From: Adineta vaga
Lineage: Eukaryota; Animalia; Rotifera
Length of the DNA stretch: 64,000 nucleotides
Direction of reading: 5' to 3'
Assembly: GCA_021613535.1 (NCBI GenBank)
Contig: CP075496.1
Coordinates: 12,400,001-12,464,000, forward strand
The position numbers were made by a program, and so were the translations under genes. Shown in pieces: positions 12,835 to 27,085 of the stretch. Numbering within the stretch: the first letter of the stretch is position 1; each line of letters starts with the position of its first letter. The notes under the pieces are model-generated. The model had not been told where the DNA came from. It did no database searches and saw only the letters and a program-made list of their open reading frames with translations.

Positions 12835-13374
12835 ATGGGTTCATCTTCGAGCAAAAAATCAAGTCCACAACAATCAGGAGTTGCTGGTCAACAGGCTCCT
12901 CCACAACAAATGCCTGTACAACAAATACCTGTTCAACAACCAATTCAGCAAGGACAAGGATTTGCACCGGCACAACAGCCAATGATGATGAATGCACCTC
13001 CGCAGCAGCAGCAGCAACAACAACAACCGATAATTGTAGCGCCTCAACAATCTGTTCCTCAACAGCAACCAATAATGATAGCACCTCAACAACAACAACA
13101 ACAGCAGCCAGTGATGATGGCACCTCAACAGTCTACGATGGTTCCTGCACCTCAGCAACAGCCTGTCATTATGACTCCTGTTGCGCCTCAACAACAGCAA
13201 TCTGTTATGGTTCCTGCACCCCAACCACAACCTATGATGGTTCCTGCACCCCAACCACAACCTATGATGGTTTCTGCTCCTCAGCAACAACAACCTATGA
13301 TAGTAGCCAGTGCTCCCGAACAACCACCACAAATGGTTGCTCAAGCACAACCAATTCAAGGTGGTTATTTTTAA
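12835..13374 (+). CDS. Q/P/M/V-rich repetitive protein with an N-myristoylation motif
   Basis: 179-aa ORF starting MGSSSSKK, with repeats of PMMVPAPQ(Q)n and an internal 30-nt tandem duplication near 13208-13275. Confidence 0.75.
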   Translation: MGSSSSKKSSPQQSGVAGQQAPPQQMPVQQIPVQQPIQQGQGFAPAQQPMMMNAPPQQQQQQQQPIIVAPQQSVPQQQPIMIAPQQQQQQQPVMMAPQQSTMVPAPQQQPVIMTPVAPQQQQSVMVPAPQPQPMMVPAPQPQPMMVSAPQQQQPMIVASAPEQPPQMVAQAQPIQGGYF

Positions 13375-13738
13375 TCACTCTCATCCGTTTGCGTATACGA
13401 AATGTTGTTGAACTTTCTTCTTTCAATTTATATTTGAGAATATGCCAGTATTCGCTATCAAAATGTCGTTCATTTATTTAGCTAAGCTGTTTTCATTTGT
13501 ATTTACATTTCTGTATATAAAAATATAAAAAAATTACAATATTATACAAAAAGAACTTTTTGATAATGAATGTAATCTAATCTGTTGATCTACTATCACA
13601 TTTTGTTGAAAGTTGTTTTTGTTTGACTGATTTTTTGAATCCATAATAATGCTTATATACTCATTGTGAGAATATGGTCGATAATGGGATGGGATAGATG
13701 TAAGAATATTGCCAACAATTGACTTCATTTGAGCGTAG

Positions 13739-14249
13739 CTATAATGTTGATAGAATTTTAAGAAAAGAGAAAAATAAAACTACACTTGTTTGACCAACAC
13801 CAAGTAGAAAACAAAAGAATGGTTTAATTTCGACAGAGGCAGCATAAAATATAGCCGAAAGAAGTGCAGCTACAAAAGAAATATACAATGTGTTATGTTA
13901 AGTTTTATTTTACTCAAAAAATTTATTTACTAGTAAGTGCAGATGGAATTATTGGCGTTATAATACCAGCTATCATAATTAATAATGCGTACCATCGTCC
14001 AATTTTATGACTTCTCAATGATATAATAGCAACTATCATAGCAATTAAATGAACAACAATAGAAGTCATAAAACACCAAAGAAAGATTTCTACCCATATA
14101 TCTAAATTAGATGAAAATCAAGGAAATTAGAAATCAATTTTTTCAAGAGAAAATAACATACCACCAAATTCAACAAGACGATATTTAGGTGTTAATTTTA
14201 ATGAATCAACAAACCGTCCAAATGAAAGTTCATGTACTATTTGAGGCAT
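13739..14249 (-). CDS. TMEM170: Transmembrane protein 170
   Basis: Three spliced exons give IWVEIFLWCFMTSIVVH..SLRSHKIGRW..LGVGQTSVVLFFSFLKILSTL*. Not in the ORF track. Confidence 0.85.
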
Positions 14250-14448
14250 TGAGATTATATTTTATAAAAGATGATGAAGAACGATAGATGAATAAATACA
14301 ATAATTAATTAAACATACATACAACACAAAACAACTACTATTTTCATTCATTCATTCATTCATTCATTTTTTGTTTTTGTTTCGTTCTCTTCTTTCATTA
14401 GACCTATACGTATCCAATCATCAAATGGCTCGTACTCTTTCGAAAGGT

Positions 14449-14462
14449 GTTTACTAAGTAAC
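14449..14462. promoter_or_regulatory. Putative RFX X-box in the TMEM170/IFT80 divergent promoter
   Basis: GTTTACTAAGTAAC about 75 nt upstream of the IFT80 ATG. Confidence 0.5.
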
Positions 14463-14534
14463 ATTCTTTATCAATGGCAGTAGTGTTCATCATTGACAGG
14501 AAAAGTCGATTTTCTTTGGATACAGTTTTATTGA

Positions 14535-17500
14535 ATGATGCGTTTGAAATTTATATTTCCTACAACATTTCGACATCATGGTCGTGTCGATTGCATTGGA
14601 TGGATGTCAACAGATGATCTATATTCAGTCGGAGAAGATCATATCATATATAAATATAATATTATACAAAATGAATTGATTGAAATTGCTGAATTAGCAC
14701 AAGATTTATATGCACTTGATATGCATTGGTTACCGAAAGGAACAAGTGCAAGTAGTAAACGAAGCATTGGATCAGATCTTTTTGTTCTTGCTACGAGCGA
14801 TGGTATAAATTGCTCGTATCACTTTACAATAAGAAATTTTCTAGTAAATATTTAGGTAAATTTTGTTTGATGAACAAAACTGGACGAGTAGAAAAAATGG
14901 TTGAAGCACATCAAGGTGCAACCATTTGTGTTCGATGGAATTCAGATGGAAGTCAATTAGCAACAGGTAGATTTATCATTAGAAAAACTGTTTCTAGTTT
15001 TCTAATTGACTTTCTAGGCGGTGAAGATGGACAAATTCGAATTTGGGCACGTTCTGGCATGTTACGTTCTAATCTAGTTCAATCAGGTAGATTCTTTCTT
15101 TGATCTATTTATTTTCATAGTGTACACAATTTAGCTACACCAATATTTTGTATATGTTGGTCTGCTGATAATGATGCAATACTTTATTGTACAGGAAAAC
15201 ATCTTGTTATAAAATCATTTTCATTGAATTCAAAACCAAATACTGTATAGATATGAAATAGGAGCTAAAGAAAGAGTATTGAAATGTTTATTTGTATATT
15301 ATCTAGTGGAAAGCGCATGATCAATTTATTTTGAAATGTGATTGGAATACAGTCAATAATCTAATTATCTCAGGTGGTGAAGATTGTCGATATAGAGTAT
15401 GTATTGTTCTATTTCCATTCATTCGTAGCACATGTCTTATTTCCTTGAAGATATGGGACATAGTCGGTCGTCCATTGTATACTAGTCAAATATTTGAATA
15501 TCCAATTACAAGTCTTGCATGGGCACCTGATGGATTAAATTTTGCGGTGGGTTCTTATAATACCATACGACTATGTGATAGCGTTGGAGTATGTATTTTT
15601 TCAAAAATATTTGCTACATTGTTGATATATATCGAAAATCATTTGTAATGTTTTGTTTCTAGTGGTGTCATTCTGTAGAAAAATTTAAAGATGGTAGCAT
15701 ATTTAGTGTCTCATGGTCAAGTGATAGCACACAGCTAGCATGCGGTTGTGGAGCAGGTCGAGTCGGTGTTGGACATATTATTGAGCGGTATGAGATAACT
15801 TTATATGTATCGATTATGAAAAATAGTAATGTGTATATTCTAGTCGAATGAATTGGCATTATTTGGAATTTGTTCTTACCGATCCAAAAGTGATAACTGT
15901 TAGTAATTGTGAAACAGAATTGATCGATAAAATAGAATTGAAAGATCGTCTTGTTAACATGTCAGTTAGTTTTGGATATTTAATTGTTTTAACCAATAAT
16001 CAAGGTTTAATATATAAGTAAATCATCAATTCTACGAAAATATATTGATTTGTTTGTCAAATTTTATGCAGTTGTAAACAATTTGGTCATCCAGCTGTAT
16101 TTGACTTACGTGATATATCAATGAATTTAATTGTTCAAGCAGAAAAGTAATTCAAAATCATCAATAAATATTCCTCTTCTCATCTGATATCATTCAGATA
16201 TTTTCTTCTTTCCGATGGAATGAATATTTCAATTTATTCATACGAAGGTCGACTTGTTTCAATACCGAAACTAATATCACCCAAACCTAATTCAATCCAC
16301 AGAAACACAGTTTCACTTAGTCTTGATACGATTGCTGTTCGTGATTCAACAGATTCAAAATGTAAGTTTAGTACTTGATGAACGACAGACATTATTCATT
16401 CCATTTAGCCATTATATTCTTTGATATCAATGGAAAACCAATCGTTGATGGAAAACCAATATCTCATACGGTATATCAACTATTTTGTCTCGAATTGTTC
16501 ATTCTTTCTTTTTGAGTTTAGCATGAAATAAATTATTTAGCATTGAATCCAACAGGTCCAATTCAAGAGCGAAAGCTTGCATTTGTTGATAAATTTCAAG
16601 ATCTATTTCTCACGAATGTTCATACAGCAGAACCAAATCAACGAATTCGAAAGCTTTGTAAAAATTTCACTTAACAAACGATTTCAATATAAACATGTAT
16701 TCATATTTTGTGTTAGGTACTAATATTACTAGTTTTCATTGGAATGAGATAAATGGAATGTTAGCTGCTATTATCGATGGAAAATTAAATATTTGGTTGT
16801 ATCCAAATGTTATGTTTATTTATCCGAACTTATTAAATCAAACTATTTATCGAATCGAATCAAAGTAGACTATTGTTTGAAGGTATATTCAAAGAATAAT
16901 TTTGTTTTTTTGCTTTAGTAATTTTGGTAAGAATCCATCGATCATCGAATTTCATCATTCTCAAATAACAATTCGTAAATCAACTGGTGCATTAATTCAA
17001 TGTGCAATACCAATTTATTATGAACTTTGTCTTAATTTACTGATTGCAAATCGAGCAGATGAAGCTTTACAATTATGTCAATACATTTCAGTAAAGCGAA
17101 ATTCTTTTATTTTAACAAACTATAGATAAGTTCATCTAGGATGATTCGATTTATGCATTAATTGCAGTTATCTCATTATCTAATCGTGATTTTGATTCAG
17201 CAGAAAATACATTGGCTCATTTATTAAATGTGAAATTTCTAAAACAAATTTCTAAACTAAACAAAAAGTATCGATAATGTTATTTTAGACTGAAATGGTT
17301 TTCTGTTTACAAAATCTTCGTTCAATCACATCGAAAGAAGAACGTGAAGCTGAAATTGTATTGATTACTGGTGGAAATTTACAAGAAGTAGAAGGATATT
17401 ATTTACAAGCAAATAAACCTCTTCATGCTATTATTCTACATCTTAATGAACATAATTGGAATCGGTTAGTTTTCAAAAATAATTCAAAGTTTATCTGATT

Positions 17501-17778
17501 ATAATTTAATCTAGAGCAATTGATTTAACTCAACGGTATCCACAATATTTGGAAATAGTTGTTGGTTATCGACAAAAGTATTTGAATGAATATGGGAATG
17601 GAAAAAAAGAAACAAATTCGAAATATTTACAAGCAATAAAAACTGTCCGTTTAACAATTTCGATTTGAATTCTTTCATGTCTTTTCTTTGACTTTAGATT
17701 AATATCGATTGGAATCGAATTAGTGCAAAATTACGCAAAGATTTAGGTGACAATTATACATTGAAAATTATCGATTAA
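14535..17778 (+). CDS. IFT80: Intraflagellar transport protein 80
   Basis: [61 protein letters not shown] and a C-terminal INIDWNRI. Many short introns. Confidence 0.93.
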
Positions 17779-17902
17779 ACATCTTTTCTATTTTTCTATT
17801 TATAAAAGATATATACATCTCTCTCTCTCTCTCACTGTGCAGTGTATTTCTTAATCTCAGTATTTTCTCACATTGATCTTCTTTTCAGATTATTTTGAAA
17901 TT

Positions 17903-20900
17903 ATGAGTGCCACTCGACGTCGTACAAAAACCAAAACTCCATCAGCATCTACACTAAAGTTTGTTTATATGAATAAATATCATAATAGTCACTTTGATTA
18001 TTTTAGAGATCATACAACAGATAGTGAACCATTCATTCCAGTACCATCTCGACAAGGATTTTTAAATGATCGTACAGATTTCACTCTAGATCCATCATTA
18101 ATATTTGATCAATTACCTCAACCATTTCGGTTTGTTTGATTTGAAGAAAATTCGAAAAAAAACTAAAGTAAAACTGAAATTGATATATTTTTTCCATATT
18201 TTTTAGACGAATCAATAAAATTCTCGAACGAATATTTGATGATGCATGGACAATTATTGAACAACATGACAAACAACGTGTTTCTGAACAATCAAAATTT
18301 GTATCCGCACAACATACATCATCAACAATAATAAATGTAGATTTTCTCAAACTATATTCATAACTGTATAATGAAATATTTTAGACTCCATTTCCTATAT
18401 CCATCATCGGTAGTCATACTTCAGGAACTTTATGTTTTCTGAATGGCATGTTCAATGAACAATCCTATCTTGTTTGTTATGATAATCAAGTAGATGAAAT
18501 CGTCAATCAAGTTATGATTGATAGTGTATTAAAACAAATGATTGTATTTAAACTAGAAGCATCCATAAAAAATACAATTTATTTCTTAAGTGTGATTGAT
18601 AAATCTGGTATGAGAAAATGAAACTCAAATTTCGAACTTCTTCTATCCATTCATTTGCAGGATATTGGAAAATGATGGCTTATAAAAATCAACAGTATTA
18701 TCTATTATTTACTCAATTTGAAACAGAAGTATACATGAAAAGTTTTCAATGACTATCTTAAAGATTGTTTTCTAGGATGATAGTAAACGTCCATTATGTT
18801 TAATGACTCAAATTGGATTGAAAGATGATTATTTAGTTGTTTCTTGGTTTGGTAAATTGAAATGATTCTAGTAATTTGTAAGAAAATCTATTCGATTTAG
18901 GTGTTAATCATGATTCGTGGATTGAAGTATATAAATTACCAAAAGAACAATGGAAAACTGAAATTGCAAATCAAGAACAAGTAATTTTTTCTTTGCAAAG
19001 AAATACACTTTGTAAATAAGACTTTGAACTGTGATTCATATAGGCAATTGCTGCTAGTAAAAATCAAGCAGAAGAGAATACAACAGATCCGTCAATCGAA
19101 GGAGAATTAACATTGATACGTGCTCAATTCTCTCGTCCATCTTTATTATTTAAAGCGAAAGCTCCTAAATTTAGTCCAGGTATGAAAAGACTATTCTCTT
19201 TCTATGTTTTCAGTAATAACACATTCTAATGTTTAGGTTCAAATAATTTCCAACAATTGATGAAAAATACAGAAAACTCATCAAATATTGGACAAGGAAC
19301 AGCAAATCATTTTTTTACTTCACAAATAATTGACTACAGAACCGTATTGATCAGAGATTTAATGTTACAATCAAAGAAGATAGATGTAGCTGATCGACCA
19401 ATAGCAGTACCTAAAGCAGATTTACTTCCTTCGATGTAAATATCTAAGACAACGATTTTCTCAATAAAAACTGAATTGATTCCTTTTTATTTTTAGAATA
19501 CCTAATATTCTTTTCATTCCCGCTGGAACACCAACAGGTAAATAATAGTAACTGAAAATGAATTTAGTGATAAGAAGATTTGAGTGGGTGGTGTTTAAAT
19601 CAGTGCTATTTTTGGAAAAATTTTCAGGTTCAAATACTCTAGCAGTTAGTTGGCCAACAACGAATCAATTGTTGATATACAAAGTTTCAAAACCTGAAAG
19701 TAAAGGAAAAGGTAGGTAAACTTTCTCATATTTGATTTTTCACTGTATATATTCATTTTACAGAAGCATCAGATGCACGTCCTATGTCCATATGGCCATT
19801 TTCTACTCGTATTACAAGTTTATCCTATGATGCAAAACATGAACATCTTGCTGTAGCTCTCCAATCAGGAAATGTCTGTATTATTGAACGAACAAATGGT
19901 AATTAGATAATTGAAATCATACGATCGAATATATGATATTTGATCTGTTATAGGTGTGAAAGATCTTCCAACAATCCAACATATTAGTTCAGATTCAATT
20001 TCTGATATTCATGCACTTGATTCTCTCGAGTATTCATTTAATATTAATAATCAAAAGAAACACAATGGATTCTTTATGTTATCCGATGATGGTAAAATCT
20101 ATCAAGTTAAATTCAAATCATTATTATCAAATGACAACATGGATGAACAACAAAATATAGCTGTCTGTTTTCCACCGTATGTCAATTCTCTCTTTTGATA
20201 ATAACAAAAAACTAAATTCTATTTATTCTAATAGAGAACAAAGTAAAGATACATCGAAAATTGTTCAAATGATGTTTTTTAATTGTAATCCATCGAATTT
20301 AGTAAGTTAATAATTTGATTGCGAAAAAACGAAGATCAACTCCTTTTTAATTTCTAGTTTGTTAGTATCAATGAATTAAATCGTGTTTATATTAATGATG
20401 CATTGAAATGTACACAGTTATGTGAAATTGTTTTATCAGAATCTACCAAGAATGAAAATGAAGCATTACAAATTGCACTTATTGATGATGCAAGATCAGT
20501 TATTATCGGAGGTATTTATACTCTCTATAAGTTAAGATATAAATATAAGCTTTACTGAATTTTATTTAGTTCCTGAAAATAATAAACAATCTGAAGAAAA
20601 TCAAACATCATCTTTGCGTCTTTATCGCGTTCCATTGGAACACTTTCCTTCACTTGAAACTTATTATCCTGAACGTAAATCTCCAATTATCGATGAAATA
20701 GAACCAGTTATTGAAACGAAATCATCAAAAACAGCTGTTTCTCATTCGAAAAAGAAAGAACAACCAGTAATTGAAATGGACAAAACTGCATTATTATTCG
20801 ATGAAAAAATCAAAGAAATCTTTCTTCAACGGTAATACAAATGATTTTCCTTCTTTCTCTATTAATTTGTCATTATTTTCTCTTTACAGACAATCCCATA

Positions 20901-20983
20901 CTATCGAACGACGTGAACGTTTACGTACACGTTGGAATGAAATCAAACTTCATTGCAATCCAGTTTATGATCAAACAACATAA
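17903..20983 (+). CDS. WDR93: WD repeat-containing protein 93-like
   Basis: DQLPQPFRRINKILERIFDDAWTIIE resembles the conserved WDR93 N-terminal motif (DSLPQPYRMINKL..LFDQSWEIIE). Multi-exon, ending RRERLRTRWNE..QTT*. Confidence 0.72.
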
Positions 20984-21063
20984 GATGAGAAATCTTATTT
21001 ATTGACATTAAAATATAAAAAAAGAAAGCGAAGATGGAGAATAATATTGGCGCATAAGAGAAT

Positions 21064-24000
21064 CTATATTTTGACATTTGCATGATCTTTAATAGGCACT
21101 GTTAAACACGTATCTAAATCGGGATTATTTTCAGCTAATGAATTTTTCTTATAAAACTCAACTAAATCTTTTAATGAGAAAAATGATCGATCACAATAAG
21201 CCATTGTATTTCCATTTATTGTAGTCGATTGAGCATTTTTAGGAAAATTAGATGCAATAAATCGAAATGCATATGTATTAGCTGGATCACGACCAATACG
21301 ACAATCATAAATAATATTATTATGTACTAAAGTTAATGCATATAAACCATTTGATGATGTACGAATGAGAAATGTTCCTTCACCACATGGTTTCAATAAT
21401 CTATGAGCTGCTTCACGTGTAATAGTTGATAAATACCATTTTTCATCGGTTGGTAAACCAAGAAAACTATTTGCAAAGAAGATTAAAATATAGAAATATT
21501 TATTTAATTTTTCTTTATTACTCGTTTATTTGATGTTGTTCAACACCTTTATCACCAACTAATTTTACACACGTCGCAATTTTATTTTCGCAACTAGTCA
21601 TTTCATTCTTTGTTGTTTCTAATGTTTTAACTAATTGTTCACGTTTCAATTGTCTTTCTGTAAAAGTTTCATTTAATCCACGAAGATTATTAACAAAATG
21701 TCCAACACGTTGTTCAAGATATTTAAATGAACGATCAAATTCACTTTTTTCTGTCGCTTTTTGACATTGTAAGAAATTATCACGATTTAATTTCATTTGT
21801 TTTTCATAAATCATTTGAATTCTAAAAGAAGAAGAAGAAAAAGATATATATATATATAAGAAACGAGAAGTTTCACTTCTCAATTATTATTAAACTTACT
21901 TTCCATAAGCCATTGTTGATCGTTGTATTTCACTCATGTATGCTGTAATTTGATCAATTTCAACTTTCAATGATGAACATTCATGTTCCATTTCATTATA
22001 TTTATTTGTTAATTCTAGTAATGTAATACGTAAAAGATTGATATCATGTTTTATACTTGAAAGAACAGCTGCGTAACTATCCATATCATCATAACCAAGA
22101 TTCGATAGGAATATATCACGATGGATTGGTTTATTTAATTTCATATCAGATTTTAGAATAGGAAAATGTTTTGATAAAGAATTTTGTGTGTAATATTCGA
22201 TTAATTCTTGAATTGATCGAAAAAAACATGAACTCAATGAGAAACCGTATTGACCTTGTTTATTCATACAAATTTTAATGAAACGTTGTTGACCATCGAG
22301 TTGAACAACGAGTGTAAAAGGTGCCGATACACTTGCTTCAGTTGAAAAACGTACATAAAAATCACCATCATTGATTGGAATTGTGTTCGTAAGAAGTTTA
22401 TTGATTAATAATTGATGATCTTGTCGTTTATAAAACCATGGACATTTATCAAGTGATTGTTCTTGAGATATGGCTGCATTTAATGCTGGTGCTTGTTGAA
22501 AAGTATTCAATGGTGGTCGTTCAACTTGCCAATCAATTTCATAAATAAAACGTTTTAATAAATGAACATGATCTTTATCATTACGAGAATGAGACATTAT
22601 CATTGGCCATGGTGGTCTAAAGAAAAACGAATAGATCATAGGATGATTATTATTCTTAATATTTACCGAAATATAAGTTGTTTAAATATTGCAACAAGTT
22701 TATCAACAACTCGTTCGGGTTCATACGGTTTAACAGCATGATGTTGATTGAGATTTGTCATCGAAAGATCATAATCGAGTTTCCAAATTTTAATTATATG
22801 ACACATCATAAATTTAAGAAAATCAACATAAAATGGCATAGAATAATTTGCAACAAATTCTTGTATAACTTGTGTAGGAGCATTGACCAAATTAAGAAAA
22901 TCTTCATAGTTTTCATCGGGTATAATACCTACATAATATAAAATGTATACAAATTGTACAGAAAGGAACTCAGTGCATCTTCTAATGGCATGATAGACTT
23001 GTTTCTTTTTTTTGGTATTGAACTTATTAAACTTACCTATTCCTGGTTCTTTCAAACTAACTTTAACTAAACTTGCTAATTCTGACAATTCCATTTTACC
23101 GAAATCCATTTTTTCAATATCCTACAAAAGAAATTCATTAATCAATAAATAAATAAACAAAAGAATATTCTTATACATTATCATTAATTAATCTTCTTAA
23201 TTGAGCAATACGTGTTGATTCAATAGAAAATCGGTAAGCATCAATTAATGATAGTTTTGGATTTTCTTTAACAATATTTTCAAGAGATTGACAAAGACGA
23301 GTTATAATAATAGGTAATTGAGTTTTGGAATCAATCGGTTGATCATTAAAATCTGTTCCAATAATAATATGACATTCCAATTGTCTATTCGTATGTACAC
23401 AACGTTTCGAAGGTAATTTTGAACATTGTCGATGCATAATAAGACCACAACGACTACATTGTAAACCTTGATGAATAATTCCATAAAGAGATTTTTCACA
23501 TAAATCACACGTATGTCTTTCATAAAATGTTGTACATATAAAATTATCGCCATGATTATTTGTTGTATGTTGACTACGAAAACGTTCAAATGATATAGGA
23601 CGATATTTATCACGTGTTTTCAATTCTTTAATTGCATCTAAGATTGCTTGACGTTGAAAAGCATCATGAATATGATCATGTTTTAATTGTTCATCAGTTA
23701 ATGACAATAAAATTTCACCATCATATTTTAATGTTTGAAAATTTGGTGCATAACGATATAAATTCACGACAGCTAACCATTCGCATACATCATTAACGGT
23801 CCAATCACTCACAGGTATACTCGAATCATATGTTACTAATGCACGATTATTTGGATGACATGCATTTAAACCAGGACATGTACCTGCTGTCAAATCTAAT
23901 GTACATTCAACATGAAAATAATCTCCACAATTTGTACATTGATAACCAATATTTCCTGAACCCCAAATATAATCTTCACAATACGGACACCATGCTGGTG

Positions 24001-24082
24001 ATTTAAAATATCGTAAACGATATTTATGATCACTAACTATTGTTTCTCGATGTGGAGATGTAATAGGAACATAGTTTGCCAT
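21064..24082 (-). CDS. PI3K regulatory subunit, p85-like (C1-SAM-C1-RhoGAP-SH2-coiled coil-SH2)
   Basis: Two C1 zinc fingers, a SAM domain (WTVNDVCEWL), a RhoGAP-like region (IFKQLIFRPPW), nSH2 (DGDFYVRFS), an iSH2 coil and cSH2 (GTFLIRTSS..LAENNPDLDTCLTVPI). Confidence 0.85.
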
Positions 24083-27000
24083 ATGATTTTTCTATTATGT
24101 TATTTGTAAAGAAAGATATGTGAGAAAAAAATATCTAACTCTTTTTTTTATATGACTATAACATGACAGCAACTTATTTAAAATGTTTGGTTCATTAATA
24201 TGCCAATAGAAGATTGTTTTTACATCTAGATGTCAGGTTTGATTAATTGAACCAATGAAAAAGCTGTTTTCTATTTATTTGTTCCGTTCTTTTTTTCTTT
24301 TTCTTTTCTAGTTAGCTGGCTGATTGATGAAGAATTTTTTTTTCATGATAAATGAGATTATTTCTTTTTTTTTGTATTCTGCAATTGGAATTATGGTGTT
24401 TTTACAAGATTATTATCAAATTTCATCATATTTGATCGTCATTTGATTTTATATTCACGTTTGTCAATAGATATAATTCATCAAATATATACTCGCAATA
24501 ATATGGATTATTTTAATGCTTTTTCATATATATATATATATATATATATATCAGTTAGTTTTCGTATATCAGTATGTATGAAAGACAGATCTTTGATTAC
24601 TTTACAGGATATACTCAGCCAAAAAAAGCAAATGTCAATTAGAGTTGCTCTTCGATTCTATCGGTTTTTTTCTCTCTGTTCGTGTGTATGTTGGCATTAC
24701 ATATATACTCCGCCTTTTGATAGTTAGTCTTGGACTTTTTCTTTTTCTCTTTTGCTCTCTTGTCTTGTTGACATATATACCGACATATACTCTTCTTTCT
24801 GTTTTCGTTAGGATGCTTGTCGTTTTTTTCCCCATCTTTAGAAATATGTAAGTAAACACCAAATGTCTTTTTGAAACAAGAGAAAAATAGGAGTAAGCGA
24901 GAGGAAAACTGATCCTCTAGGGTGTGTGAGAAGTGACGCGAGAATGTCAGTGTAAAAGAGAGAGAGAGGGAAGAAGAAAGCAAAACAGACTTCTTGATTA
25001 GTATACATAGACAAAAAGATGTATTCGTTCAGTCGAGATATTTATCTTACGTTCGGTGATTATATAAAGAAAAATACGTTGACGATTTTCTATGTCTACA
25101 TGACATAATGTATGTAGAATGACGTTCTAAATTAGTATTGATGAAAAACAAATACAATCGGCTTGTTTCAAGATAAGATTGCTACTGACATTGTTAACTT
25201 ACAAAAAGAGAAGAAATCCGTTCTCTTCCTTTCTGCTTATGTTTCTTCTTTAGTTCTTTTTTAGTTCTTGCAAACAATTATGTTTGAGACACATCAAAAC
25301 TGTCTACTATCACTAATCAGGTGCGTGTATGTGGAAAAAATGGCATTAAGACAAGTAGTCGTTTTGACGCGATGATTAGCTCCTAAGAAATTTCTTCTCA
25401 TGTAACTTCTTCTCTTTCTTCTTCTTCTTCTTCTTTTGTATACATCAAGGTCAATGGCTTTCATGAAGATGAGTATATGTATACGTTGTTGCTTTAGCTT
25501 TTTCATTAATTTTTCATTCAATGATCTTCATCGCATACAACAGGAAGAACAAAACAAAAAAAAGGTGTTTCTTTTACATTTATATTCATATTCATTCTTT
25601 TTTAGTCTCGATATTTGTGACCATTTCATTTCCTTAATCGTTTTCATCTCATCATTCTTTTTCTATCGAAGAGGATTTGCATCTAATCGATTAGCAACTC
25701 TCGTTGTTCTTCCTAGACTTTCTTTTCCTTTCAATTCATCATTGAGAGTATGCGTGTGTTTTGATACGTTAAGACTCTATAATCAAAGTTGTTCTCTTCG
25801 TTAAAATTTCTCAGATAATAATTCATCTCATCGGCAAATACATTGATAAGATGATCATATGCATTTGTTGACAGTTGCGCTAAGATCTTTTTCGATAAGA
25901 CAAATTATGTGAACAAATGACGATGAAATATTGACTACATAAACAAGCAACATTATGAAGGTAACTCGCTTACACAATGCCGTTAGTCGTAGTTCTCTTG
26001 ACGTTATATAGATGCGATAGTAGTAACTAATTTTCTACTCTGTCTTTCTTTCTCTTCGTTTTTTTTCTCCAGAATGCATTGTCGTTAGCAGACGACAAGA
26101 AGAAGAAAAGAAGAGAAAAAAACTTAGTTTATGCGTTTGAATGCTTGCACACGAGTCCATCGAACGCGTGTTGTTTCTTGTATATTCTAATGTAAGATGT
26201 TGTGCCAACCACGTAAAATGAATAAGAATGACAACGACGATGATGATAATGAAGAAAAGTGTCAAATAAAAGTCTCTAACAAAAGAAAAATAAATAAACA
26301 ATAAAATATTATTTGATTAATTTGAATTGAATAAATATTATTAAACTTTCATTCATATGGTAAGTGAATTGTTCAATAAAACTATATAATTTTTATATAC
26401 CATTTAGTGATTAAATGGAGAAATGATACAGATCTATATTTATTTATTTATTTATTTATATGCATATGAATTTCTTTCGCTCATATAACTACCGCTGTTT
26501 GTTTCATCAGCGTTTCGCGTCATCTAATTTAATTATTCTCTAGAGAGACAATAGAAGAGGCAAACACACGCTTGCATTCGTGCGTTCACGAAGAAACAAT
26601 AACAACTAAGAACATAGTACCGTCAACGACGTCTGTTGATAATAAAGAGCAAACTAGTTTGTCAAAAGGAAGAGAGAAGGATTTCAATTAGTCCTATCAA
26701 CAAGAGTTTAGAGGTAGAAGCCTAGTCAACTTGAATATAAGTGCGTACGTCATCAAGCGGCATCAATGATGACTGATGTGTATACGTCTATCTGTGTGTG
26801 TGTGTGTCTGCGTGTTTTTTTCCCGAAGTGTGCGTGCTTGTTTGCTTACGTTTATAGATAGCGAAAAAAACTTTTGTATCTAGACATAGCTGGATCTTTT
26901 GTTTAAAATTTCATACGTATACTATTATTTATTATTTTTTCTAGAATAAAACAAAAATCAGCGTTCGTATATATAAATATATACATGTCATTGATAAGAT

Positions 27001-27085
27001 GCTATTAAGATCAATGACTAGATCACTACTATCTATCGTCTCATTGATGAGATTATCTAATGTAGAATAATGAAGATAACAAGTT

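Noticed and set aside
22929-23036. Apparent insertion in the p85 RhoGAP ORF
   Set aside because: It is a GT-AG intron that happens to be stop-free in frame.
24083-27085. Several F/K-rich short ORFs between p85 and CADPS
   Set aside because: Low-complexity A/T tracts and microsatellites of a divergent promoter/UTR region, with no coding signal.
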